NCBI GenBank assembly: GCA_037441845.1 | Contig: JBBIRK010000003.1 | Span: forward strand, 224,001-288,000 | Length of the DNA: 64,000 nt | Source: Candidatus Zixiibacteriota bacterium | GTDB taxonomy: Bacteria; Zixibacteria; MSB-5A5; UBA10806; 4484-95 | Direction of reading: 5' to 3' | Part shown: positions 47,548 through 57,124 of the stretch, piece by piece | Layout of the letters: each line of letters opens with the position of its first letter | Numbering within the stretch: position 1 is the first letter of the stretch | The notes under the pieces: generated by a model | Told to the model about the DNA's origin: nothing | Seen by the model: only the letters and a program-made list of their open reading frames with translations | The model's database searches: none | Translations under genes and position numbers: made by a program

Positions 47548-48009
47548 GTGGCCGTTTTCACCAGTAACATTCTCGGTGAACTTGAATACAATAATAACGA
47601 CGTAATAACCTTCGTCAGGCCGATTCTCGGGTTCGAGCATTTGAAAAAATTTCTGGTCGTCGGCAAAGCGGAATCTGAACCGCTTCGATGGCTGCAAAGC
47701 TTGGACGATCCGGGGGTTAGTTTCGTGATATTGGAACCGCAATGGGTTCTTCCCGGCTACGAAATCGAAATCAGCCAGCATGATATCAAGACACTCGATG
47801 GCTCGGAAAATCAGGCCGATTATCAAACCTATCTGATTATCACCGTTCCCAGAGGCAAACCCGAGGAGATTTCGGCGAACCTGAAAGGGCCGTTGGTCAT
47901 CAATCGGAAAAATCTCCGGGCGATCCAAATGGTGTCAAGCAACCCGAATTATGAAATCCAATTCAAATTCGCGAAAATACAGGGAGCCGTCTCTGCCAGC
48001 GAACGATAA
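47548..48009 (+). CDS. fliW: Flagellin/CsrA partner-switch protein FliW
   Basis: ITF..PILGFE, WLQSLDDP, SANLKGPLVIN. Confidence 0.95.
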   Translation: MAVFTSNILGELEYNNNDVITFVRPILGFEHLKKFLVVGKAESEPLRWLQSLDDPGVSFVILEPQWVLPGYEIEISQHDIKTLDGSENQADYQTYLIITVPRGKPEEISANLKGPLVINRKNLRAIQMVSSNPNYEIQFKFAKIQGAVSASER

Positions 48010-48045
48010 TAATATCGCGCCGGCCATTTCCGCCGGCTCGATCAG

Positions 48046-48072
48046 TAAAGATTAATCGGGAAATTCCGAATA
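48046..48072 (+). promoter_or_regulatory. Sigma28 promoter for the glycosylation island
   Basis: TAAA-N15-TCCGAATA (TAAAGATT extended -35). Confidence 0.65.
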
Positions 48073-48155
48073 AATAAATACGAGAAGTTCCCGACGATTC
48101 GGAAGTACATCAGGAATTTAGTATCAGAACGATTTCGGTGCCCCAAGAGGTGAAG

Positions 48156-49853
48156 ATGAAAGACACGACGTTATCCGTGCCGAACAAATCGGAAATTATC
48201 GAGCTCGCCTCGGAGTCATATATCTCGGGGGATTACGCGCGCACGGTGGAAATTCTCAGCTCGTTTCTCAAGAATAATCCGGAGGAGGCCGAGGCGCTGC
48301 ATTTGCGGGGTACCGCGCTCGCCCGTAGCGGTGATTTTCTGGCCGCCGAAAATGATTTCAAATCGGTGATCAAAATTCAACCTGACCGGGCGGATGCCTA
48401 TTTCAATCTGGGTTTGATTTACACTCAGCAAGGCAGGCTCGACGAAGCGATCGAAAAGTTCGAAACCACTTTACGCTTGAAGCCGCTCGACGCCCAAGCC
48501 ATGAACGATCTTGGTGTGCTTTATTGCTCCAAAGGAAAAACGGATAAGGCCGAGGAATTATTCGCCGCAGCTCTGAAAATAAATCCGGCATTCAAGGACG
48601 CCTTTCTGAATATATTCGAGATCCTGTGGAGCCGAGATAAATACAACGATGCGTTGGAAATAGCCCATGATTATTTGAAGAAACTTTCCACCACGGTCGC
48701 AGAACGCAAGCCGGAAGAAAATCCGCCTGAATCGGCCATGGAAAACAAGCCTCCGACAAGAGACACAGCACCACCGCAGATTACGATTCGGAGGCACGAG
48801 CGAGCGCTGGACAGACTGACGGATAACGAAAGGAACGAACTGTTTTCCAAGCGAGTGCCCGAACATTTGCGCGGCAAGAAAACCGGAATGAACATCGCCG
48901 TGGTGGCCGATTTCAATATAGCCGGCCAGTTGACCGGGCTATTCCGCCTGATCAACGAAAAAACGATCCACCGCGCCCGCTGCATCATCATCCAGGATGA
49001 CTATCTTTCCTATGATTCCGATTTAGTGCTGTCGAAAGGCAAACAAGAGGACTTCGAAGAAGCCCTGCGCATTATCGGCAATGCCGATTTTTACCATGTG
49101 GGCAGGTTCCCTATAGCCAACGATAATTTTCCGCTGACGGATTATCTGCGCACGAACAACACTATAATCCAATATTTCGGGAGCGAGCTGAGATCAAACG
49201 GCTGGCAGATTTACAACTGGCACAAAAGCAACCGCATAGTGGGACTGGCCGCCTGGGACTACACCATGATCAAAGATGCGCCGTTTTTCTACCACGTAAA
49301 TATGATGTATGATTCATCCAGGGTAAAAAAGGCGCAACCGCCAGAGGGGACAATTCGCATCGCCCACCCGACCACCAATCGACAAATCAAGAAAACGGAG
49401 CTGTTCTTGAAAGCGGTGGATTCTCTTCGCCGGCAAGGTTATGACGTGGAGCCGGTGGTTATCGAGGGGAAAACCAATCAGGAATGCCTCGATCTGAAGG
49501 CGACCTGCCAGATGACTTTCGATCAGATTTCGGTGGGGATATACGGCGTCTCGGCGATCGAATCGATGGCGGCCGGGCACGTGGTTTTCGGGGGAATTTC
49601 CAATTTCGCCGCCAGCTATCATCCGGATAATCCGATCGTCTGGGTGACGGAAAGTAATCTCGCGGAGAAAATCAGATATTATCTCGACCACAAAGACGAG
49701 ATTATCGCGCGGGGAAAAGCCGGTATAGAGTGGGTGAAGAAAAACCATGATCCGGTGACTATACTGCGCCAGCACCTTTATCTTTACGATTTCGTGAAAA
49801 ACGGGCATCGGTTTATGCAGGATCCCGACGATCAATTATTGAGGCTTGCATGA
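48156..49853 (+). CDS. TPR repeats + GT-B (GT4-like) glycosyltransferase
   Basis: N-terminal TPRs (AYFNLG, AMNDLG); C-terminal IAHPTTNRQIKKT, DQISVGIYGVSAIESMAAG; ATG 48156 follows GAGGTG. Confidence 0.75.
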   Translation: MKDTTLSVPNKSEIIELASESYISGDYARTVEILSSFLKNNPEEAEALHLRGTALARSGDFLAAENDFKSVIKIQPDRADAYFNLGLIYTQQGRLDEAIEKFETTLRLKPLDAQAMNDLGVLYCSKGKTDKAEELFAAALKINPAFKDAFLNIFEILWSRDKYNDALEIAHDYLKKLSTTVAERKPEENPPESAMENKPPTRDTAPPQITIRRHERALDRLTDNERNELFSKRVPEHLRGKKTGMNIAVVADFNIAGQLTGLFRLINEKTIHRARCIIIQDDYLSYDSDLVLSKGKQEDFEEALRIIGNADFYHVGRFPIANDNFPLTDYLRTNNTIIQYFGSELRSNGWQIYNWHKSNRIVGLAAWDYTMIKDAPFFYHVNMMYDSSRVKKAQPPEGTIRIAHPTTNRQIKKTELFLKAVDSLRRQGYDVEPVVIEGKTNQECLDLKATCQMTFDQISVGIYGVSAIESMAAGHVVFGGISNFAASYHPDNPIVWVTESNLAEKIRYYLDHKDEIIARGKAGIEWVKKNHDPVTILRQHLYLYDFVKNGHRFMQDPDDQLLRLA

Positions 49854-50848
49854 TCGAAGGAAAAAATATCTTTATAACCGGCGGGGCGGGGTTTATCGGG
49901 ACTGCGCTGATCGGTAGGCTGGTTCAGGCCAATCGGATTACGGTATATGACAATTTATCGCGGGACAGTTTGAAAGATTCCTATTTCAGGGATCACCGCA
50001 ATATCAAGCTGATTCAGGGCGATATCCTGGATTTCGATCATCTCCGATCCTGCATAGGCAAACCCGACATCATAATTCATCTGGCGGCGGTGGCTGGAAT
50101 TGACACGGTGATTAAGAGTCCGGTACAGACCATGAAAGTCAATCTTCTGGGCACGCTCAATATCCTCGAGGCCGCGGCGGGACTGGAGAGTCTCGATCGA
50201 TTGGCCAGCTTTTCGACATCCGAAGTTTTCGGTTCGTATGCCTATCGATCCGAGGAAAATGATAGCACCGCCTTGGGCGCGGTCGGCAATGCCCGCTGGA
50301 CCTACGCCGTAAGCAAGCTGGCCGGCGAACACCTTACTTACAGCTACTTTTCCGAAAGAGGCCTGCCGGTGGTCACGATCCGCCCCTTCAATATATATGG
50401 AGCAGGGCAAGTAGGCGAGGGAGCCGTGCATCATTTTATCACTCGGGCTCTGCAAAACCAAGATCTGATAATCCATGGCGACGGCGATCAAATAAGGTCT
50501 TGGTGTCATATCGATGATCTCGTCGATGGTGTCCTGCTGGCGCTCGAGAAAAAAGAGGCGATAGGGAACTGTTTCAATGTCGGCAACCCGAGAGGGACGA
50601 TCACCATAAACGGTTTGGCGCTGGCGGTGATCCGGGTAACCTACTCTAAGTCCAAAATAGTTTACATACCGAAAAATTACGCCGATGTGGAGTTGCGGAT
50701 TCCCAATATCGACAAAGCCAAAAAATTGCTTGGATTTCAACCCCAGATAGATCTTGAGGATGGATTGAGAAGAACGGCCACCTGGTATTATGGCAAAATC
50801 TTCGGCAATAAACCTTATCAGACCCAACCTGTCGAGACAGGCGTTTAA
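49850..50848 (+). CDS. NAD-dependent nucleotide-sugar epimerase/dehydratase (UDP-GlcA decarboxylase/ArnA-like SDR)
   Basis: TGGAGFIG, STSEVFG, RWTYAVSK (YxxxK), RPFNIYG. Confidence 0.9.
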   Translation: MIEGKNIFITGGAGFIGTALIGRLVQANRITVYDNLSRDSLKDSYFRDHRNIKLIQGDILDFDHLRSCIGKPDIIIHLAAVAGIDTVIKSPVQTMKVNLLGTLNILEAAAGLESLDRLASFSTSEVFGSYAYRSEENDSTALGAVGNARWTYAVSKLAGEHLTYSYFSERGLPVVTIRPFNIYGAGQVGEGAVHHFITRALQNQDLIIHGDGDQIRSWCHIDDLVDGVLLALEKKEAIGNCFNVGNPRGTITINGLALAVIRVTYSKSKIVYIPKNYADVELRIPNIDKAKKLLGFQPQIDLEDGLRRTATWYYGKIFGNKPYQTQPVETGV

Positions 50849-51917
50849 GGCCGTATCCGACGTATTGGAGTCCGGTCGACTGGTTTGCGGTCCGGTCGTC
50901 GAGAAATTCGAACGAAATCTGGCCGACTATCTCGGTGTTCCCGATGTGGTATGCGTATCATCGGGCACCGCCGCGTTGCACCTTGCTTTATTGGCGGCCG
51001 GAGTCAGCAGTGGGGACGAAGTAGTCGTGCCGGCATTCACTTTCCCTGCCACTGCAAACGTCGTCGAGCATATCGGAGCCCGACCGGTCTTCGTGGATAA
51101 TGCCCCGGGCGGCGTAAATTTGGATGCAGACAAACTCGAAAGCTTGATCAGTCCAAAAACCAAAGCGATTATGCCCGTTCACGCTTTTGGATTTCCCGCG
51201 GATATGGCCAAAATACTGGAAATCGCCGGCAGACATATGATTCCGGTGATTGAGGATGCCGCGTGCGCCCTGGGTTCGCGCTATGAGGGCAGACTGTGCG
51301 GCACGTTCGGGATCATGGCAGCTTTCAGTTTTCACCCCCGCAAATTATTGACCACGGGCGAGGGCGGCGCTATCGCCGTGCAAGACCGGAAATCGGCTGA
51401 ATTATTGAAAAGCCTGCGCAATCATGGCAACGAAAACGGCGAATTCCGTCATGCCGGCTATAATTATCGCATGACCGAGATGCAGGCGGCTATCGGCATT
51501 TCCCAGCTTGAAACATACGATGAATATATCGCCGAACGCGGGCGGCTTGCCGATGCTTATCGGCGGATGTTGGGCAATCATATCAATATGGAAATGGAAA
51601 CGCCGGAACCGAATACGACACCGAATTGGCAGACAATCTTGGCACAAGTCGGTCCGGGTGTGGATCGCGATGAATTGATCAAATTCCTGGCGGCTCAGGG
51701 CGTGGAAACATCCATAGGCACCTACTGTGTGCCGCTTACTCCTTATTACCGCAATAAATATGGTTTCGAGCCAGCTGATTTCCCTTGGGCGTACGAGGCA
51801 TTCAAGAACCGTATCGCATTGCCGCTTTATTCCGCAATGCCGATTTCGGATATCGAAAAAGTGATCGACGCCATCAGGCGATTCGAAGACTCGTTAGTGG
51901 AGGTCGGGACTTCATGA
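50790..51917 (+). CDS. DegT/DnrJ/EryC1/StrS PLP sugar aminotransferase
   Basis: SSGTAALHLAL, EDAACALG, FSFHPRKLLTTGEGG, GYNYRM. Confidence 0.95.
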   Translation: MAKSSAINLIRPNLSRQAFKAVSDVLESGRLVCGPVVEKFERNLADYLGVPDVVCVSSGTAALHLALLAAGVSSGDEVVVPAFTFPATANVVEHIGARPVFVDNAPGGVNLDADKLESLISPKTKAIMPVHAFGFPADMAKILEIAGRHMIPVIEDAACALGSRYEGRLCGTFGIMAAFSFHPRKLLTTGEGGAIAVQDRKSAELLKSLRNHGNENGEFRHAGYNYRMTEMQAAIGISQLETYDEYIAERGRLADAYRRMLGNHINMEMETPEPNTTPNWQTILAQVGPGVDRDELIKFLAAQGVETSIGTYCVPLTPYYRNKYGFEPADFPWAYEAFKNRIALPLYSAMPISDIEKVIDAIRRFEDSLVEVGTS

Positions 51918-52849
51918 AAGCGGCGATAGCCGGGAATACTTCTCTCACATACTATTGTCTTGAGTATTTGTGTCGCTCGGGAATGACGGATCTGATTTTG
52001 ATTTTGCCCAGAAACAATCATAACGATAATTATGACCTGGCGGAATTCGATTCACTTGTGAGAGAATTCGCTTTACCCTATTTCAAAATTCCCGTTCCCC
52101 ATGACGAGAATGATATACCGGAAGTCGATTTGTTGGTCTGCCTTGAATGGCCGGAGAGGTTGCGTTTGCCGCTTAATCCCAGATCGGGAGTGATTTCGAC
52201 TAATCTATTCAGACAATTTTCGACAAAAAGCATCAGCGACCTGGCCGCCGCCCTCGATAGCGGAGCCGATCATTTCAAGCTCGAGCTGGCGTTAGCCTCG
52301 CCTGCGACGGAAAAAAAGACGATCGTCGCCGCGGTGGAATTGCCGATTTGCGAATTCGACAATCTGCGGTCTCTGAAGACCAAGGCCGCCGCCGCGACAG
52401 CCAGACAATTACTGGGGATGTTAACCGAAGGTCGGTTTCTGGGGGAGAACAATCCAAGAGCAGGGACGGGCTTATTAACGTCGAGATTCGACAGGGCAAT
52501 CGATTGGTATCGACCGGTCGGCGAGATTCAAAATAAAGTAAGAGCATATACTCATCCCGGACCGGGCTGTATCACTCGCATGGAGAATCATAGTCTCTAT
52601 GTATGGCACGGGCACGCATTCGACAAGTCAAGCGGAATTTATGAACGGGCGGAACCGGGGACCGTGCTCGATGTCGTAGAAGAGGTGGGGATAGCGCTGC
52701 AAGCGGCGGACGGATCTTTTCTAATAACCAAAATTCAGCAGGCGGGAGCGCCCGAGTTACCCTCATGGGTGTGGGCATACGGATTTCATCTCAAGCCGGG
52801 TGATAGATTCGATTCGGTGAGTCAAGGACGAGTTACCTTGGCCGTTTAA
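51914..52849 (+). CDS. Formyltransferase-fold protein (Fmt/ArnA-like), catalytic motif apparently lost
   Basis: C-terminal IDWYRP..EIQNKVRAYTHPGPG, EPGTVL, AADGSFLI; no N-x-H-x-SLLP motif. Confidence 0.7.
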   Translation: MKAAIAGNTSLTYYCLEYLCRSGMTDLILILPRNNHNDNYDLAEFDSLVREFALPYFKIPVPHDENDIPEVDLLVCLEWPERLRLPLNPRSGVISTNLFRQFSTKSISDLAAALDSGADHFKLELALASPATEKKTIVAAVELPICEFDNLRSLKTKAAAATARQLLGMLTEGRFLGENNPRAGTGLLTSRFDRAIDWYRPVGEIQNKVRAYTHPGPGCITRMENHSLYVWHGHAFDKSSGIYERAEPGTVLDVVEEVGIALQAADGSFLITKIQQAGAPELPSWVWAYGFHLKPGDRFDSVSQGRVTLAV

Positions 52850-52859
52850 GGACCGAACT

Positions 52860-53090
52860 TTGCGGAAATTACGCTACAAGAGCGGTCGCTTGCTTTCGAA
52901 AATGTTGCATAGCGGCGTCGTTTTCGAGGGCGACGAAAAAACATTTGAAATAGAGGTGCCGGGCATGGGAAGAATGAGAACCGGCAAGATTCATTGTTGC
53001 TTTCATAAAACCGAAGCCCGACGTAACGATACGGTCGAAAAACAAAAAAGCGGGATGCAGCCCGTAGAGGAAGGTTTATCGCGTGGGTAA
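52860..53090 (+). CDS. Small hypothetical protein (76 aa)
   Basis: Fills the gap between two + strand genes; TTG start after AAGGA. Confidence 0.4.
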   Translation: MRKLRYKSGRLLSKMLHSGVVFEGDEKTFEIEVPGMGRMRTGKIHCCFHKTEARRNDTVEKQKSGMQPVEEGLSRG

Positions 53091-53628
53091 ATGGCGTTCG
53101 CATGGATCCGGTCTTGATTTCCTGGCGAATCTCGGCTGGCTCGGAAAAAACGTTATTATCGAAGACGGCGTGCGGATATTTTTCCCGGAAAAAGTTGAGA
53201 TAGGCGACGACGTATATATCGGCCATGATACGATACTGAAAGGATATTTCGATCGCCGCCTGGTTATCGGAAGCGGAACTTGGATCGGGCCTCAATGTTT
53301 TATCTACGCCGCCGGCGGGATCAAAATCGGTCGAAACGTGGGAATAGGGCCGAAAGTCACGATTATGTCTTCGGCACATAAAGACGACGGCAACCATGGT
53401 CCGATTTTGCATAAGCCGCTCGAATTCGCGCAGGTGGTTATCGATGACGGCAGCGATATAGGGGCGGGCGCGACGATACTTAAAGGAGTCCGCATCGGCA
53501 AGGAGGTTCAAATCGGCGCCGGGGCGGTAGTGACTAAAGATATCCCGGATATGGCGATTGCCGCCGGGGTTCCCGCAAAAATAATAAGGGTGAAAAAAAC
53601 GCAGATGGCAGATGTCGAAAGCAGGTAA
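53083..53628 (+). CDS. Hexapeptide-repeat (LbH) acyltransferase
   Basis: IGDDVYIG, IGRNVGIGP, IGAGATILKGVRIG...IGAGAVVTKD, GVPAKII. Confidence 0.93.
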   Translation: MGKWRSHGSGLDFLANLGWLGKNVIIEDGVRIFFPEKVEIGDDVYIGHDTILKGYFDRRLVIGSGTWIGPQCFIYAAGGIKIGRNVGIGPKVTIMSSAHKDDGNHGPILHKPLEFAQVVIDDGSDIGAGATILKGVRIGKEVQIGAGAVVTKDIPDMAIAAGVPAKIIRVKKTQMADVESR

Positions 53629-54148
53629 TAAATATCCGCAGAAGGGGAATATTCCAGCGCCGGTTGTCCGCACCTACGGTCGTTTCGTCTCCAAGGATTT
53701 CCTCAAGCTTGCGCGCAACAGCTACGCGGTGAAAAAGTATTCGCGTGCGATCGATAACTGTCGTCTTGCGGTCGATATGGCCATTAAAAACAAGAATAAC
53801 GCCGCCGCCGCGGAGGCCTACGATCTCTGGATAAACATTCTTCTCCAGGAAGGTAAGTATGCCGAAGTCAAAAAAACGGCGTGCGAGGCGCGAAGCCGTA
53901 TCGGTAATTATCTCGATCTTCTTTATTACGAATTCGTAGCCTCTCTGCATCTCGGCAATCCGCAAAATTCCGTCAGGCTCGGTCGGGAATTCGTTCAGCT
54001 TGCCGAGTCGATCGACGGTAAAGATTCATTCGGCACTCTAAGTAGAAATAAAGTCGATGAAGTAAAAGCAATAATTCAAAATCCGGACGGCGGTCCCACC
54101 GATCACCCCGGTGATGAGGCAGAACATGAAATCCCGAATATCCCATAA
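53612..54148 (+). CDS. TPR-like helical hypothetical protein
   Basis: Helical; GNYLDLLY resembles GDYLDLTF in the N-terminus of the next gene. Confidence 0.6.
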   Translation: MSKAGNKYPQKGNIPAPVVRTYGRFVSKDFLKLARNSYAVKKYSRAIDNCRLAVDMAIKNKNNAAAAEAYDLWINILLQEGKYAEVKKTACEARSRIGNYLDLLYYEFVASLHLGNPQNSVRLGREFVQLAESIDGKDSFGTLSRNKVDEVKAIIQNPDGGPTDHPGDEAEHEIPNIP

Positions 54149-56948
54149 GAGAATGAATAATCCCGAATCGATGTTGCTAAAGGCTGAGAAAGCATTGGCC
54201 GCAAAAGATATCGAGAAGGCCGTCGCTTTCTGCGAGAAAGCCATGAAATTGCGTCAATCGCCGGATACCCGCCGCAAGCTTGCCCGACTCTACTTCATGC
54301 ACGTATTATCGCTAATGGAATCGAACGACTACGACAAGGCGAATCAAATTATCTCTCGGGCAGAAAAGACGCTGGGCGATTATCTCGATCTGACTTTCAT
54401 GAAAATAAGCTCGGCTTTCGGCTCAGGCGACTTCGCCAAGACGATCCGACTGATCTCGGAATTCGAATCCCAGCGCGAAAAAACCGATAAGTTGCGCGAC
54501 GAAGGCTTTGCCGAATCTTACGATCAATTTCCCGAAATATTATGGTTAGGATCGGAGGCGGCAGGGAAGCTGCTCGATACTGAGCTTTCGACCAGCTTGA
54601 TGGAAAAATCGCTCGAGCTCGCCCCGGACCATCATGCGCACCGGGTCCATCTCGCTTCCTTTCTTGCGAAAATGGGCAAGGATGAAAAAGCTTTGGCGGT
54701 GATCGATGAGGGGATAAAGAGATATCCAGCGGTGGTCGCACTGCAAAATGCCAAGGGCATGGTATATGCGGAAATGGAACGATTGAGCGAGGCGGAATCG
54801 ACAATCAAGGAATTTATCGAAAAATATCCCTCCGACATCGACGCCATAAATAATCTTGGGGTGGTTTACGATAAAATGGGTTTGTATGAAAAAGCCCAAG
54901 CCCAATTTCAAAAGGCGCTGGAACTGGATCCGAACAACCAGACCGCTCGGGATAATCTAAATTATCTGAAAAACAATATAGCGACAGAACCGCAAAGAAT
55001 TTCGCTCTGTATGATCGTTAAAAACGAAGAGAAGTTTTTGCCGGGATGCTTGAAAACGGTTAAGGGTCTGGTCGATGAAATAATCGTTGTGGATACCGGT
55101 TCCACCGACCGCACCATGGAAATCGCCCGCGAATACGGAGCGAAAATTTTTGAACATCCATGGCAAAACGATTTTTCATTCCATCGCAATCAATCGATCG
55201 ACTACGCTACAGGCGATTGGATACTCATTTTGGATGCCGACGAGGAGCTGGATCCTGCCGAGCACGATATTATCCGCTCGGTGGTCAAACGCAAAGACAT
55301 AGATTCGGTTTCGTTCGTGGTTTACAACAAGATTCAATCCGGCAGGGTGGGTTTCCTGAACTCTCAGAGACTTTTCCGCAACGGCAAAGGATTCAAGTAC
55401 TCGGGGATCGTTCACAATCAACTCGAAATTAGCGGCAAGACGCTCATGAGCCACCTGAAAGTGATCCATCACGGTTACGGCTTGCCGGACGAAATGATGC
55501 GCAAGAAAGCGGAGCGCACGGAAAAACTGTTGCTGGCGCAGCTGGAGGAGAATCCGGATGCGATATTCCCGCATTTCAACTTGGCGCAGATATACCGGGG
55601 GATGGGCGAGCCCGCCAAGAGTCTTGAACATGCCAAGATCGTGGTCGAAAAATTGGGCCCGGACGACCTTGATCGGAGACATGTTTACGCCATGGCGCTC
55701 GATCAGATGGGGTGCGCTTATATCGGACTCGAACGGTTCGACGAAGCCGAAGAGGTGTTTTTGAAAACGCTCGAATTCAAAGACGATTATCTGGATCCGA
55801 TGTTCAATCTCGGCTATATGTATATGCGACAGCAACGTCATGACGATGCCGAAAAGATATTCGAAAGATACCTATTGACCAAGAGCAGATATTCGCCTCA
55901 TCGTGAATGGCTGGGGTTGATCTTGAATAATCTGCACAGCGAATTCGCCGTTTATTACGGGCTGGGATTGATCTCGTTTGTCAGAAAAAATTACGATCAA
56001 GCGATCGAAAGATTGCATAGGGCGCTCGATTACACCGATGATTTCGAATATCTACACCATTTGTTGGCGCGCTGTTATCGCGAGAAAAACCAATTCACGA
56101 AAGTTCTCGAACATTGCGCAAAAGCGATTCAGTATGGTCACGAGGACGCTGAAATTAGAATGATCGAGGGGGAAGCGTATTTGAATTTGGGCAGGTCGTC
56201 CGAGGCGAAGAAATCGTTCGCTCGCGCACTCGAGTTGAATCCTGCATTAAGCGAAGCGCATCTGGGCATGATCGGTGCTTCTTCGATCGACAGCAATCCG
56301 CAAGAAGTGCTGCGACAGCTCGACGAATTCCTCGAAAAAATTTCGCCCTTTTCTCCTCAGGGGATAGCTTCCCGTGGCGATCTGCTTTTCGAAATGGGAG
56401 ATTATGCGGGAGCCTTGCGAAGCTATCATGATTCGAATCGTATCGCTCCCGATGATTTCAAAGTGTTGAATAACCTCGGAAATTGTTTCACCAAAAGCGG
56501 AAATTTCGCCTCTGCCGAGGAATACTACCGCAAAGCGATCGGCATCAATCCGAAGTTTCTTGCCTCGTACAGGAATCTCGCCGTCGCTTTAATCGGCCAA
56601 AACAAGCACCAGGAAGCGCTCGAATACCTCGAATTTTATAGGAATAACAATCCGAACGATGCCGATGTCTATGCCACGATGGGAGATCTTTATTACGGGC
56701 AAAAGCGATATAATGCGGCAATTGACAGCTATGAAAAATACTTGCAGCATCAGCCGAACAGCCTCGATGCCATAGTCAGATTGGCCGATTGCTATTTCAA
56801 TCAGGGGAAAATTTCCGCCGCCGCGGCCGGGTATAAAGCCGTCTTAAAAAGAAATCCTGAACACGGGATCGCCGCCCAGCGGCTCTCGGCCATCATCGAG
56901 TATTCTAAGCCGATACAAGATAAGAAGATAGAACCGGTAACACCCTGA
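54126..56948 (+). CDS. TPR-GT2-TPR glycosyltransferase, probable flagellin O-glycosyltransferase
   Basis: ISLCMIVKNEE, VDTGSTDRT, WQNDFSFHRN, LDADE, VHNQL, HHGY; many TPRs; adjacent to fliC. Start is uncertain (54111/54126/54153). Confidence 0.9.
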   Translation: MKSRISHKRMNNPESMLLKAEKALAAKDIEKAVAFCEKAMKLRQSPDTRRKLARLYFMHVLSLMESNDYDKANQIISRAEKTLGDYLDLTFMKISSAFGSGDFAKTIRLISEFESQREKTDKLRDEGFAESYDQFPEILWLGSEAAGKLLDTELSTSLMEKSLELAPDHHAHRVHLASFLAKMGKDEKALAVIDEGIKRYPAVVALQNAKGMVYAEMERLSEAESTIKEFIEKYPSDIDAINNLGVVYDKMGLYEKAQAQFQKALELDPNNQTARDNLNYLKNNIATEPQRISLCMIVKNEEKFLPGCLKTVKGLVDEIIVVDTGSTDRTMEIAREYGAKIFEHPWQNDFSFHRNQSIDYATGDWILILDADEELDPAEHDIIRSVVKRKDIDSVSFVVYNKIQSGRVGFLNSQRLFRNGKGFKYSGIVHNQLEISGKTLMSHLKVIHHGYGLPDEMMRKKAERTEKLLLAQLEENPDAIFPHFNLAQIYRGMGEPAKSLEHAKIVVEKLGPDDLDRRHVYAMALDQMGCAYIGLERFDEAEEVFLKTLEFKDDYLDPMFNLGYMYMRQQRHDDAEKIFERYLLTKSRYSPHREWLGLILNNLHSEFAVYYGLGLISFVRKNYDQAIERLHRALDYTDDFEYLHHLLARCYREKNQFTKVLEHCAKAIQYGHEDAEIRMIEGEAYLNLGRSSEAKKSFARALELNPALSEAHLGMIGASSIDSNPQEVLRQLDEFLEKISPFSPQGIASRGDLLFEMGDYAGALRSYHDSNRIAPDDFKVLNNLGNCFTKSGNFASAEEYYRKAIGINPKFLASYRNLAVALIGQNKHQEALEYLEFYRNNNPNDADVYATMGDLYYGQKRYNAAIDSYEKYLQHQPNSLDAIVRLADCYFNQGKISAAAAGYKAVLKRNPEHGIAAQRLSAIIEYSKPIQDKKIEPVTP

Positions 56949-56959
56949 ACTTAAAATGC

Positions 56960-56986
56960 TAATCTTTTTCTCTGTCTTGCCGAAAC
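56960..56986 (+). promoter_or_regulatory. Sigma28 promoter of fliC
   Basis: TAAT-N15-GCCGAAAC. Confidence 0.7.
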
Positions 56987-57079
56987 AATACACAAAAGCT
57001 TCGCATCGTTGGCGCATTACAAAAAAAGGAGGAAACAAGAAAGAGGAAAAGCCGCAGTAATTTTTCTCGATCAATTTTT

Positions 57080-57118
57080 GCAGACAAAGGATGTTTGCAG
57101 ACCAAATTCAAGGAGGAA
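57080..57118 (+). promoter_or_regulatory. CsrA-binding sites in the flagellin leader
   Basis: Hairpin GCAGACA-AAGGA-TGTTTGC (57080-57098) and TTC-AAGGAG-GAA overlapping the SD; csrA and fliW are in the same cluster. Confidence 0.75.
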
Positions 57119-57124
57119 TCTTAA

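Noticed and set aside
50790..50848. 59-nt overlap of the epimerase and aminotransferase as a possible frameshift
   Set aside because: Both proteins look complete with normal termini; a simple overlap suffices.
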